NCBI GenBank assembly: GCA_902610065.1
Contig: CACLUH010000002.1
Coordinates: forward strand, 32,649-96,648
Direction of reading: 5' to 3'
DNA length: 64,000 bases
Source of the DNA: an uncultured SAR86 cluster bacterium
GTDB taxonomy: Bacteria; Pseudomonadota; Gammaproteobacteria; Magnimaribacterales; Magnimaribacteraceae
The notes beneath the pieces were generated by a model, which saw only the letters and a program-made list of their open reading frames with translations, was not told the DNA's origin and did not search any database. Within the stretch, counting starts at the first letter, position 1. Each line of letters begins with the position of its first letter. The translations under genes were made by a program, and so were the position numbers. Shown here one piece after another: positions 20,966 to 30,073 of the stretch.

Positions 20966-22528
20966 ATGCCTTTTCAAAAAATTCGTATGTTTAAAAAAAT
21001 AATAGAAAGTTTTCTTATTTTTCTTTTCTCTTTTCAGACTTTTGCAGAAGTAAAAGAGTTAACTATTTTGCACACTAATGATTTACACGCGCACCTTTTT
21101 CCAAGAATAGCTCCTTGGATAAGTGAATCTAGAAAGATTGGTGGTTTCGCCAATCTAGCCACCTTAGTAAAACAAGAAAAGGCATCTAATCCTAACAATA
21201 TTCTTATTGATGCTGGAGATTACTTCTCTGGTCCCTATATAAGCACTTTAACTAAAGGTGAGGCAGTGATTAAGTCGATGAACTTTTTGGGAATTGATGC
21301 AGCTTGTATTGGTAATCATGAATTTGATCATGGATGGGACAATATGTTGGAGCAAATCAAGAAAGCTAATTTTCCAATTCTGAATGGCAATCTTTTTTTT
21401 GAAGGAACTGATGATTTAGTTTGGGATAACCCTTATTTAATTCTAGAAAGAGCAGGATTAAAAATTGGAATTATTGGTCTTCATGGAAAATTTGCTTTCT
21501 ATGACACCATCAATTTTAAAATGACTGAAGGTATTGAAGCTAGAGATGAAGAAGAGTATCTAAGACAATACATAAAAGAGTTAGAACCCATAACAGATAT
21601 CATTATTCTCGCAGTGCATCAAGGAATGCCCGGGAGACAATCTACTATTGGATTAACTGATGTTGAGAGAAATCTTTATAAGGATATTCTTCTTGCTCAA
21701 AATGTTTCCGGTGTGGATATTATCGTTACTGGACATGCACACCAGGGAACAGAAAAGGCTCTGGTTTCAAATGGCACAATTATAGTTTCAACCAATGCAA
21801 CTGCAACTGAACTTGGTAAGCTTCAAGTTATGTTTGATACAGAACAAAAGAAAATAGTTTCTCATTCTAATGAACTCATAACTATTTATGATGATGAGCT
21901 AGAAGATGATGCAGATATGCTGCGTGAAATTACTTTCTGGCAAAAAGAAGTAGACCAGGTTGCGAAAGTACCAATTGTTTCCTCCACAAAAAAACTTGTA
22001 AGAGCATACGGAAAAGAATCCAACATGGGCAACTTATTCGCTGATGCCATAGAAGCTTTTGATCCTAGAATAGACATAGCCGTTGTAAATAGTGGCGCTC
22101 TTAGACAAGACATAAAACCAGGAATAGTAACTAAAGGGGATTTAATTTCTGCATTTCCGTTTCCTAATACTGTTGTCATGACAAAATTAAAAGGCTCACA
22201 AGTTGTAAAAATATTTAATCATGCTGCAGGTATGACAAATGGAATATTGCAAGTTTCAAAAAATGCCAAATATTCATTTAGTCCCAGAAATAAGGCTCAT
22301 GAAATTTGGATCAAAGGAAAGCGATTAAAAAATGATGATGAATATTGGGTAGCCGCTCCTAATTTTGTTACACAGGGGGGAGACGGATATTGGGAATTTC
22401 AGAACTCAATTGAGTATATTGATACAGGAGTATTGATAGTTGATGCTGCTGAGTTTTTTCTTCAAGATATGGAAGTTTATGAACCCAAATATGAAGGAAG
22501 AGTCCTAGTTATCAATTCAGAAATTTAA
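20966..22528 (+). CDS. Periplasmic 5'-nucleotidase / UDP-sugar hydrolase (UshA family)
   Basis: Signal peptide, 'HTNDLH', 'DAGD', 'GNHEFD', 'GHAH', C-terminal 'NSGALR', 'FPFPN', 'GGDGY'; start may be 20987. Confidence 0.9.
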   Translation: MPFQKIRMFKKIIESFLIFLFSFQTFAEVKELTILHTNDLHAHLFPRIAPWISESRKIGGFANLATLVKQEKASNPNNILIDAGDYFSGPYISTLTKGEAVIKSMNFLGIDAACIGNHEFDHGWDNMLEQIKKANFPILNGNLFFEGTDDLVWDNPYLILERAGLKIGIIGLHGKFAFYDTINFKMTEGIEARDEEEYLRQYIKELEPITDIIILAVHQGMPGRQSTIGLTDVERNLYKDILLAQNVSGVDIIVTGHAHQGTEKALVSNGTIIVSTNATATELGKLQVMFDTEQKKIVSHSNELITIYDDELEDDADMLREITFWQKEVDQVAKVPIVSSTKKLVRAYGKESNMGNLFADAIEAFDPRIDIAVVNSGALRQDIKPGIVTKGDLISAFPFPNTVVMTKLKGSQVVKIFNHAAGMTNGILQVSKNAKYSFSPRNKAHEIWIKGKRLKNDDEYWVAAPNFVTQGGDGYWEFQNSIEYIDTGVLIVDAAEFFLQDMEVYEPKYEGRVLVINSEI

Positions 22529-22606
22529 TATCTATTCTTAACGCACTTCACAAGAAATTTACAAAAAGTTATTCAATTTTTAAATTTACTCAAACATAAT
22601 GTTTTA

Positions 22607-24211
22607 ATGAACTTTACAAAATATTTACCCAAATTTACCTTTCTCTTATTATTTGTTTTGAGCTGCGGCGTTTCCTCTCATGATGAAAGAAAGGTTGCTA
22701 AATATTCTTTGGAGTTAGCTCATGCACCTTCACCACTTCCGGATAGGGTAGTGCTAACTTGGGAAGATGATCCAGCGACAACTCAATCTGTTACATGGCG
22801 TACAGACGTCTCAACAAAAAAAGGAATGGCTCATTTGGCACTAGCAAATGCAAATGGAAGAGCTTTAGAAATAGAGGAGTTTGTAGCTGAAACTTCTTTC
22901 TTCGAGAGCGATATTAATGAGGCTAACTATCACAGTGTAACCTTCAAAAATCTTGATCCAGACAATCTCTATACTTATCGTGTGGGCGATGGAGTAAATT
23001 GGACTGAGTATTACCATTTCAAAACAGCTAGTGACAGACCTAGACCTTTTAGCTTCATTTATTTTGGTGACGCTCAAAATGAAGTGCGTACACATTGGTC
23101 GAGAGTTTTTAGGGAGGCATTTAGAGATGCACCAAGAGCTGCATTTACGTTACATGCTGGTGATTTAATCGATAATCCTAATTGGGATGCTGAGTGGGGA
23201 GATTGGCATCAAGGTCCTGACTGGGTGAATGGTACGATTCCTGTCATAGCAACTCCTGGTAATCATGAATACTATCGGATTAATCAAGGGCCTGAATCAG
23301 AGCGTTATTGGCAGACAAAAGATGGAAAGACTATTGATGTCATGATGACCGCATTTGAACCTGTGCCATCTGATAAAGGAACGACCTATAAAGTTTCATT
23401 TACTGGACCAGAAGGCAATAGTGCCTCCTTTGAGTTTAATGATGGAGGTAATATCATTTTTGTCGATGATCAAGTTGAATCCATTACAGGATTCAAAAAA
23501 AGCGAATTAGTTGGTTCAAGTTTTTACTCCAAGCCGCTATACGATCGACAAAGAAATCGAGGAACCCCAGCCGTTAGTAATCATTGGCGTCCACAATTTG
23601 CTTTTCCTATTCAAGATGTTCCTGATGAAACTCTAAAAGAGACTGTTTATTATATTGATTATCAGGGTGTTCGTTTTATTTCATTGGATTCAAATAAGGC
23701 AAAAGAAATACAGACCCCTTGGTTTAGGAAAGTATTGGAAGATAATCCTAATCGTTGGACTGTTGTTACTTTTCATCATCCAGTCTTTTCTCCTGGATCA
23801 GATCGAGATAATAAAGAGCTTCGTGAACTGTGGAAGCCTCTCTTGGATGAGTTTAAAGTAGATTTAGTGCTAAGTGGTCATGATCATACCTATGCTCGTA
23901 CCGGTCAGGTAGATACTGAAAATCTGGAAAATGTACCCTCTGGCTATCAACAAGCTTATGACCCTGACATTGGAACAGTTTATGTTGTATCTGTAAGTGG
24001 ACCGAAGATGTATGGCATTACTAAAGGTAATTATGCTAAGCGAGTAGCTGAAAATACTCAGCTTTATCAAATTATCAATATTGATGATAAAAACTTAACT
24101 TATAAAGCTTATGAGGCAACTGGAAAACTTTATGATCAATTTACACTCCAAAAAAGAAAAGGATTGCCTAACCTTTTACTCGAAGCTCTTCCTGAAGAAA
24201 ATAGAAAATAA
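22607..24211 (+). CDS. Purple acid phosphatase-family metallophosphoesterase (lipoprotein, FN3-like N-domain)
   Basis: Lipobox VLSC; 'FGDAQ', 'HAGDL', 'GNHE', 'FHHP', 'GHDHTY'. Confidence 0.88.
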   Translation: MNFTKYLPKFTFLLLFVLSCGVSSHDERKVAKYSLELAHAPSPLPDRVVLTWEDDPATTQSVTWRTDVSTKKGMAHLALANANGRALEIEEFVAETSFFESDINEANYHSVTFKNLDPDNLYTYRVGDGVNWTEYYHFKTASDRPRPFSFIYFGDAQNEVRTHWSRVFREAFRDAPRAAFTLHAGDLIDNPNWDAEWGDWHQGPDWVNGTIPVIATPGNHEYYRINQGPESERYWQTKDGKTIDVMMTAFEPVPSDKGTTYKVSFTGPEGNSASFEFNDGGNIIFVDDQVESITGFKKSELVGSSFYSKPLYDRQRNRGTPAVSNHWRPQFAFPIQDVPDETLKETVYYIDYQGVRFISLDSNKAKEIQTPWFRKVLEDNPNRWTVVTFHHPVFSPGSDRDNKELRELWKPLLDEFKVDLVLSGHDHTYARTGQVDTENLENVPSGYQQAYDPDIGTVYVVSVSGPKMYGITKGNYAKRVAENTQLYQIINIDDKNLTYKAYEATGKLYDQFTLQKRKGLPNLLLEALPEENRK

Positions 24212-24269
24212 CTTTTCTTAAGGGCTCTTCGATTGGTCAATATTTCACACTTAAGATATATTTCACGAT

Positions 24270-24413
24270 GTGGAGAAAAATAAAGAAGCATACCTAAAGT
24301 TATTGGTCAGTAGGGGTTATGACAATCCTAAGCTAGCTGAGCTAAGTGAGTCAGCACTTATAGCGATTCTTAAGAATGAAGAATCCTTTTATAAGAGAAA
24401 TTCTAGTGAGTAG
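24270..24413 (+). CDS. Possible small protein (47 aa, GTG start) absent from the ORF track
   Basis: Reads VEKNKEAYLKLLVSRGYDNPKLAELSESALIAILKNEESFYKRNSSE*; fills an otherwise empty gap; stop overlaps an in-frame GTG (24406) of the next gene. Confidence 0.4.
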   Translation: MEKNKEAYLKLLVSRGYDNPKLAELSESALIAILKNEESFYKRNSSE

Positions 24414-24726
24414 AACATTACTATGGTTTGCTTACTTTTTGGTATTCACTACTCCAATACAGATTGCATTTTGCTTATGGACTTACTCTTTTCTTTTTTC
24501 TCCAGAGCATAGCTTAATGACTTTTAGTACTTCTGATTTCCTGGAACTTACATTCCTTAAGCCTGTAAAAGTTTGGATGTATTCTTGGTTTTGGAATGGT
24601 TTCTTAAATTTTGTCTGGAGTCTCCCAGCAAGCATAATGGTTACCGTGAAACTGATCGTAAATACATGGTTAGGGCTCTGGCTCCTTCCAATCGCAAAGG
24701 ATTTATATGATAAAAAAAGCACTTAG
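24376..24726 (+). CDS. Hypothetical membrane protein
   Basis: Hydrophobic, Trp-rich 116 aa ORF co-oriented with its neighbours; true start may be GTG 24406. Confidence 0.6.
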   Translation: MKNPFIREILVSRTLLWFAYFLVFTTPIQIAFCLWTYSFLFSPEHSLMTFSTSDFLELTFLKPVKVWMYSWFWNGFLNFVWSLPASIMVTVKLIVNTWLGLWLLPIAKDLYDKKST

Positions 24727-26053
24727 AAATTTCTTGGCGAAACGCACCATAGGTAGCAAGCTTAGAAATTACAGCATGAATACTTTTTCTAGCTATGATC
24801 TATTTAAAAAGATAAGAACAGATGCTGAGGCTAAAAGGGATTTGGAAAATAGGCCGCACGAAGTAACATATTTTCATAAAGTAGATGATCCTTATTCCCA
24901 TTTAACCGTTCAATATATAGAGAAAATTAAGGCATCTTATGACGTAGTTTTAAATCCTATCTTAGTTGGAGCTGAAAATCCTGAAACCATTCATGAACCT
25001 AATTTATATAATGCTTATTGTTTGGAAGATTCAAAACGCATAGCTCCTTACTATGGTATTGACTTTCAACCAACAACTTATCCGAAAAAGGAATTAGTTG
25101 ATTTGTCTAATGCTATTTTGACTTCGGTTGAAGAAGATAAGTTTTCAGAAGTTGCTCAAGAAGTAAGCAATGCATTATGGCAAGGGGATAAAGATACCTT
25201 GAGTTCTTTATCTAAGGTTTATAGTTCCACTGAGACAGAAGTATCAGAGAAATTAGCCTCAGGTAATTCAATAAGAAATGCAAAAGGTTATTATTTTGGA
25301 TCAGCTTTTTACTACGAAAAAGAACTTTATTGGAGTGTAGATAGGATTCATCACTTAGAAGATAGATTATCGGAACTCGGTTTAAAGAAAGATTTAAATA
25401 ATGAACCAATTTGTTCTCCTATTTTGAATTCTCCTCCATTGCTGGAATCAAATAAACAGGTCAATTTATATTACTATCCCTCTTTGAATAGTCCATATAC
25501 CTATGCCAGTGCTAAAAGAGTCAGGGAAATGAAAGACGACTATCCTGTAAAGTTGATTACGAAGCCGGTTTTACCAATGCTAATGCGCAATATGAAAATT
25601 ATTGATCTAAAAGCCAAGTATATTATTTCTGACGCAGCCCGTGAGGCAAGAAAACATGGATATCCAATGGGTCAAATTTATTCACCAATCGGCAAACCAG
25701 CTAGGAAAGCTTATTCTTTATTTCCTGTGATTGATGAGGCTGGAAAAGGATTTGAGTATATTGATGAATTATTAAAAGCTTCTTTTTATGATGGGATCAA
25801 TATAGGCGAAGATGAATATTTAAAATCCCTTGTCGAAAGACTTGGACTTGATTGGTCTATAATCCATAAAGACTTAAATACAAAAAAATGGAAAAAGGTT
25901 TTGGATGATAATCTTAAAGATATGTATGCAGGTAACTGTTGGGGAGTGCCAAGCTTTAAAATTACTGACTTAGATGGTGCTGATCCATTTTATGTCTGGG
26001 GCCAAGATAGGATGTGGCTTCTGAAAGAAGAGATAAATAGGCGTTTAGCTTAA
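24707..26053 (+). CDS. Tandem-domain DsbA / 2-hydroxychromene-2-carboxylate isomerase (GST-kappa) family protein
   Basis: Two repeats: 'YFHKVDDPYSHL...YWSVDR' and 'YPSLNSPYTY...WGVPSF...WGQDR'. Confidence 0.8.
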   Translation: MIKKALRNFLAKRTIGSKLRNYSMNTFSSYDLFKKIRTDAEAKRDLENRPHEVTYFHKVDDPYSHLTVQYIEKIKASYDVVLNPILVGAENPETIHEPNLYNAYCLEDSKRIAPYYGIDFQPTTYPKKELVDLSNAILTSVEEDKFSEVAQEVSNALWQGDKDTLSSLSKVYSSTETEVSEKLASGNSIRNAKGYYFGSAFYYEKELYWSVDRIHHLEDRLSELGLKKDLNNEPICSPILNSPPLLESNKQVNLYYYPSLNSPYTYASAKRVREMKDDYPVKLITKPVLPMLMRNMKIIDLKAKYIISDAAREARKHGYPMGQIYSPIGKPARKAYSLFPVIDEAGKGFEYIDELLKASFYDGINIGEDEYLKSLVERLGLDWSIIHKDLNTKKWKKVLDDNLKDMYAGNCWGVPSFKITDLDGADPFYVWGQDRMWLLKEEINRRLA

Positions 26054-26119
26054 TTATCTAATATTTTAAGAAATCAGGATGTAATTCTTAAAAATTGCCT
26101 ATAAAAACTGGGGAAAAAC

Positions 26120-28087
26120 ATGCCTAACTTTAAAAGTTTCTGGATTCTAATTTTTTTTATGCTCAATGCTTGTTCAGAATCAGAACAAAAGATATCTACT
26201 GAGCAATATGCAGAAGAAATAAAGCAGGATATATATCCTAGACCAAAACCTAATCCAGATAAGAATGCTTATTTTGGTGATTTACACGTTCATACAGCAA
26301 ACTCATTTGATGCATACACTTTTGGAACTATAAGCACACCTGCAGATGCATATAGATTTGCTCAAGGTGAAGCAATACCGCATCCTACTGGATACAAAAT
26401 TCAACTAAAAAAGCCTTTAGATTTCTACGCTGTAACTGATCATGCAGTTTTTTTAGGACTATTAAAAGAATCGGCAGATACAAGTACTGAGTTCTCTAAG
26501 TATGAACTCTCAAAGCCTATGCATGACCTTAATAAAACAGTAAGTAATAGTATATTTTCAATTCTTAAGAGGAATGGTCTTTTTAGAGCCTTTGGTGCTG
26601 AACTTGCTGCAGGTGTAGAAGATGGAAGTATTGATAGAGATATAATTCAGAATGTAGGCAACTCAGTTTGGAAAAAAACTATTAAGGCAGCCAATGATGC
26701 ATACAAACCAGGAGTATTTACTACATTCGCTGGTTATGAATTTACTTCAAGTGTAGAGCTATATGATAACTATCTTCATCGGAATGTGATCTTCAAGAAT
26801 ACAAAGAACCTTCCTGAAAGGATTTTCTCAAGAGCAGATAGCCTCAATCCTGAAAAACTATGGGACTGGATGGATGGATTAAGGGAAAGCGGTGTAGAGA
26901 GCTTGGCCATTCCTCATAATTCAAATATCTCAGGAGGATCTGCCTTCTCTATGAATGATTATAACGGAGGTCCGATAGATGAAGCTTATGTAAATCAGCG
27001 ACTTCGGAATGAACCTCTAACTGAGATAACTCAGGCAAAAGGAACTTCTGAGACTCATCCATTTTTATCCAAGAATGATGAATGGGCAAACTTTGAAGCA
27101 AAAACAAATGTTGAAGGTGAGAACCTTATGAGTAATTTAAAGGGAAGTTATGTAAGAGATGCATACTTAAGAGGATTAATGTTTGAGGAAATGAGTTTAT
27201 CTAATCCATATAAATTCGGAGTAATTGGATCGAGTGATACTCATGTTGCTGGAGGCTCCTATACCGAGGAAACGCATTTTTCCAAAATCGGACTTTTAGA
27301 TGGAGAGCCATATTTACGAGGTTCGGTTCCTTTTAGAGGTTTTTATGGATTTATATCAAAAGTTTTTAGACCTCAAACAGTAAGTGAGATAGGGGGCGAG
27401 AGTTATTTAAATATTGGAACACGCCTTATTAGATTTGGATCTTCAGGACTTGCAGGTGTGTGGGCTGAGGAAAATACTCGTGAGTCGATTTATGATGCTT
27501 TTAGACGCAAGGAAACATTTGGCACCAGCGGACCAAGAATAAAAGTACGTTTTTTTGCTGGTTATAACCTAGAGGATTCTGAGCTGAGTGACCTTGGTCT
27601 CATAAAAGATGCTTATGTTAAAAATATTCCTATGGGAGGAACAATCAATCAAGTGGGTGATGAAAGTCCTAGATTTCTTGTTTGGGCTATTTCTGATCCT
27701 CTTGGAGCGCCATTACAGAGAGTTCAAATAATCAAAGGATGGCTGGAAGAAGGAGAGCATAGGGAAAAGGTTTTTGACATAGCTTGCTCTGACAATGCAA
27801 ATATAAATCCAACAACCCATAGGTGCGAAGACCATGATACTAATATTAATTTAGATGATTGCTCCATAGACCTTAAAAAAGGGGATCCAGAGATAAAAAC
27901 CTTTTGGAAAGACCCTGAATTTAAAAAAGATCAAAATACTTTTTATTATGCAAGAGTCCTAGAAAATCCTACTTGCAGGTGGTCAACTTGGGATGCGATC
28001 AGAGCAGGAGAGAAACCAAGACAAGATATACCCGCGACAATACAGGAAAGAGCCTGGTCTTCTCCAATATGGTTATCAGGAAGTTAA
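26120..28087 (+). CDS. DUF3604 domain lipoprotein (PHP-like)
   Basis: Lipobox LNAC; 'YFGDLHVHT..SFDA', 'VTDHA', 'LHRNVIF', 'IPHNSN', 'QERAWSSPIW'. Confidence 0.88.
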   Translation: MPNFKSFWILIFFMLNACSESEQKISTEQYAEEIKQDIYPRPKPNPDKNAYFGDLHVHTANSFDAYTFGTISTPADAYRFAQGEAIPHPTGYKIQLKKPLDFYAVTDHAVFLGLLKESADTSTEFSKYELSKPMHDLNKTVSNSIFSILKRNGLFRAFGAELAAGVEDGSIDRDIIQNVGNSVWKKTIKAANDAYKPGVFTTFAGYEFTSSVELYDNYLHRNVIFKNTKNLPERIFSRADSLNPEKLWDWMDGLRESGVESLAIPHNSNISGGSAFSMNDYNGGPIDEAYVNQRLRNEPLTEITQAKGTSETHPFLSKNDEWANFEAKTNVEGENLMSNLKGSYVRDAYLRGLMFEEMSLSNPYKFGVIGSSDTHVAGGSYTEETHFSKIGLLDGEPYLRGSVPFRGFYGFISKVFRPQTVSEIGGESYLNIGTRLIRFGSSGLAGVWAEENTRESIYDAFRRKETFGTSGPRIKVRFFAGYNLEDSELSDLGLIKDAYVKNIPMGGTINQVGDESPRFLVWAISDPLGAPLQRVQIIKGWLEEGEHREKVFDIACSDNANINPTTHRCEDHDTNINLDDCSIDLKKGDPEIKTFWKDPEFKKDQNTFYYARVLENPTCRWSTWDAIRAGEKPRQDIPATIQERAWSSPIWLSGS

Positions 28088-28129
28088 TTACCTAACATTT
28101 ATAGGTTTTTTTAAGTGTAAACTATCATC

Positions 28130-28591
28130 ATGAGAAATATATTTTTGGTGATGATATCAGCTTTAGTCATCATTTCTTGCTCAGGAGGAGAAGATAATTT
28201 AGATAACTTGTTAGAGAGTGATAATTTCCTAAAGAATAATTTAAGTAATCCTGGAGTTTATGAAATTGAGGCTGGTCTTCAGTATGAAAAATTAAAGACG
28301 AGTGGTAGCGGAATAAGTCCAAGCCTTGAAGATGTAATTAATGCAGACTTCCATGGTACTTTATTAGATGGATCGGTTTTCTGGAGCTCCATTGAAAATG
28401 GAGAACCATTAGTGGTAACTCTTGCTCAACTTATTCCGGGATGCCAGAAAGCAATATCTTTAATGGAAGTTGGGGATAGTTGGAAATTATTTATACATCC
28501 TGACCTTGCTTATGGAACAGCAGGCAGACCAGGTATTCCTTCTAACTCCTTATTAATTTTCGAAGTAAGCCTTCATTCAATAGAAACTTAA
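28130..28591 (+). CDS. FKBP-type peptidyl-prolyl isomerase (lipoprotein)
   Basis: 'GLQY', 'HGTLLDGSVF', 'LIPG', 'IHPDLAYG', 'IPSNSLLIFEV'. Confidence 0.9.
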   Translation: MRNIFLVMISALVIISCSGGEDNLDNLLESDNFLKNNLSNPGVYEIEAGLQYEKLKTSGSGISPSLEDVINADFHGTLLDGSVFWSSIENGEPLVVTLAQLIPGCQKAISLMEVGDSWKLFIHPDLAYGTAGRPGIPSNSLLIFEVSLHSIET

Positions 28592-28772
28592 GAAAAAGTG
28601 GATGGCCAATGATACGATTAAATTGACCAACCACTTTTCTCAAGATTATGATTTCTCATAACTCGCTCATCCGTGAGCGATGAGATCTTAGGTGAGATTA
28701 GAGCCGAGCGTCTACAATGTGTAAGGAAATGCGTGCCCGAAATTTTCCAAGATTATTAGCAAAGCGGCTCAA
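28591..28772 (-). ncRNA. Candidate structured small RNA (three domains, ACGGAU loop, terminator-like 3' hairpin)
   Basis: GC-enriched non-coding gap with nested stems whose mismatches become G-U pairs only on the minus strand; upstream TTGAAA-18-AATAAT on the minus strand. Confidence 0.6.
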
Positions 28773-28852
28773 TTAATTATTTAAGGGCAATTAAATTTTT
28801 TTCAAGATAAAAAATAGTTTTTTTAGTATAAAGTCACAAAAAAGGATGAATC

Positions 28853-29530
28853 ATGAGATACGAAGAAGTCATAAATGATAGAAGAAGTGCAAGAGGATAT
28901 TTAGATAAACCTGTACCAAAAGCAGTATTGGAAGAAGTCATAAAGTTGGCTACTAGAGCTCCATCCTCTATGAATACTCAGCCTTGGCATTTCCATGTCA
29001 TAACCGGCACTGCCTTGGATAACATAAGAAAAGAGAATACAAAAAGAAATATTGAAGGTGTTCCGCCTTCAAGAGAAATCAGACCACCTATGGGTTATGA
29101 GGGTGTGCATAGAGAAAGACAAATAGAGATCGCCATTCAGCTTTTCAAGGAAATGGGTATAGAAAGAGATGATAAAGATGCTAGACAAGATTGGGTTTTA
29201 AGAGGTTTTAGACAGTTTGATGCACCAGTAGCCATAATTGTGACTTTTGATAAAGAATTAAATGATGAAGATATTTCGAAATTTGATTGTGGCGCGGCTG
29301 TTAATGGACTAGTAAATGCTGGCTGGTCAAAAGGACTAGGATCCGTTATTAATAGTCAGGGAATTATGCAGTCTCCAGTTGTGAGAGAACATGCAAAGAT
29401 TCCGGATGATCAAGTCATTATGATTTGTGTGGCCATGGGTTATCCAGATGATAATTTTCCAGCCAATAAGGTCGTTTCAAAAAGGAGACCTGTTTCAGAA
29501 GTGGCTACTTTTATTGGATTTGAGGAATAG
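28853..29530 (+). CDS. Nitroreductase family protein
   Basis: 'RRSARGY', 'RAPSSMNTQPW', 'FDAPV', 'MGYPD'. Confidence 0.9.
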   Translation: MRYEEVINDRRSARGYLDKPVPKAVLEEVIKLATRAPSSMNTQPWHFHVITGTALDNIRKENTKRNIEGVPPSREIRPPMGYEGVHRERQIEIAIQLFKEMGIERDDKDARQDWVLRGFRQFDAPVAIIVTFDKELNDEDISKFDCGAAVNGLVNAGWSKGLGSVINSQGIMQSPVVREHAKIPDDQVIMICVAMGYPDDNFPANKVVSKRRPVSEVATFIGFEE

Positions 29531-29532
29531 TA

Positions 29533-29844
29533 ATGTATCGCTTACTTCTTTTAATATTTTTTTGGCCAAATTTAATTTTCAGCGCTGTATTTATCGATGT
29601 CAGAACAGCTGAAGAGTTTGAAAGTGAATCAATAATGAATACCCAAAATATTGAATGGCAAAATATTTCAGATATTCAGAATTTTATTTCGAAAGATGAG
29701 GAAATCTTTCTGTTTTGTAGAAGTGGCAATAGGTCTGGGAAAGCACAAAAAATTCTTGTAGCAGAAGGCTACACTAGTGTAAAAAATATTGGTGGACTCG
29801 AGGAAGCTAAAGAATTTATCAGTTCCAAGAGAAGTAATCCTTAA
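29533..29844 (+). CDS. Rhodanese-like protein (PspE-like, exported)
   Basis: Signal peptide, 'IDVRT..EF', 'FCRSGNRS', 'NIGG'. Confidence 0.88.
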   Translation: MYRLLLLIFFWPNLIFSAVFIDVRTAEEFESESIMNTQNIEWQNISDIQNFISKDEEIFLFCRSGNRSGKAQKILVAEGYTSVKNIGGLEEAKEFISSKRSNP

Positions 29845-29846
29845 AA

Positions 29847-29875
29847 TTGATGCCAATGCATATAAAGGCTAGAAT
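29847..29875 (+). promoter_or_regulatory. Sigma70-type promoter, likely leaderless
   Basis: TTGATG-17 nt-TAGAAT, ending 6 nt before ATG 29882. Confidence 0.6.
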
Positions 29876-29881
29876 GCAAAC

Positions 29882-30073
29882 ATGGAGTGGTTAAGTCATC
29901 ATCTTGAGCATTGGGCGTTAGTTTGGTTCGGCTTTTTATTTTGGGGCAGTATTTTTGCAGCTACTCTACTTTATATTTTTGAAGCAAGTCTTCTTATTTC
30001 TTCAATCGGCTACGCTTTTGGACTTCTATTTGGTCTTTTAGCAAAAAATAAAGGTTGGTCATGGATTACGTAG
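29882..30073 (+). CDS. Small hypothetical membrane protein
   Basis: 63 aa with two hydrophobic helices; has a promoter and overlaps the next gene. Confidence 0.6.
   Translation: MEWLSHHLEHWALVWFGFLFWGSIFAATLLYIFEASLLISSIGYAFGLLFGLLAKNKGWSWIT

Noticed and set aside
28591-28772. Identification of the structured RNA as 6S, SRP, tmRNA or a known riboswitch
   Set aside because: Not a single rod with a central bubble, no SRP GGAA/AGCAG domain, no tRNA-like ends, and it is not in the 5' UTR orientation of a neighbouring gene
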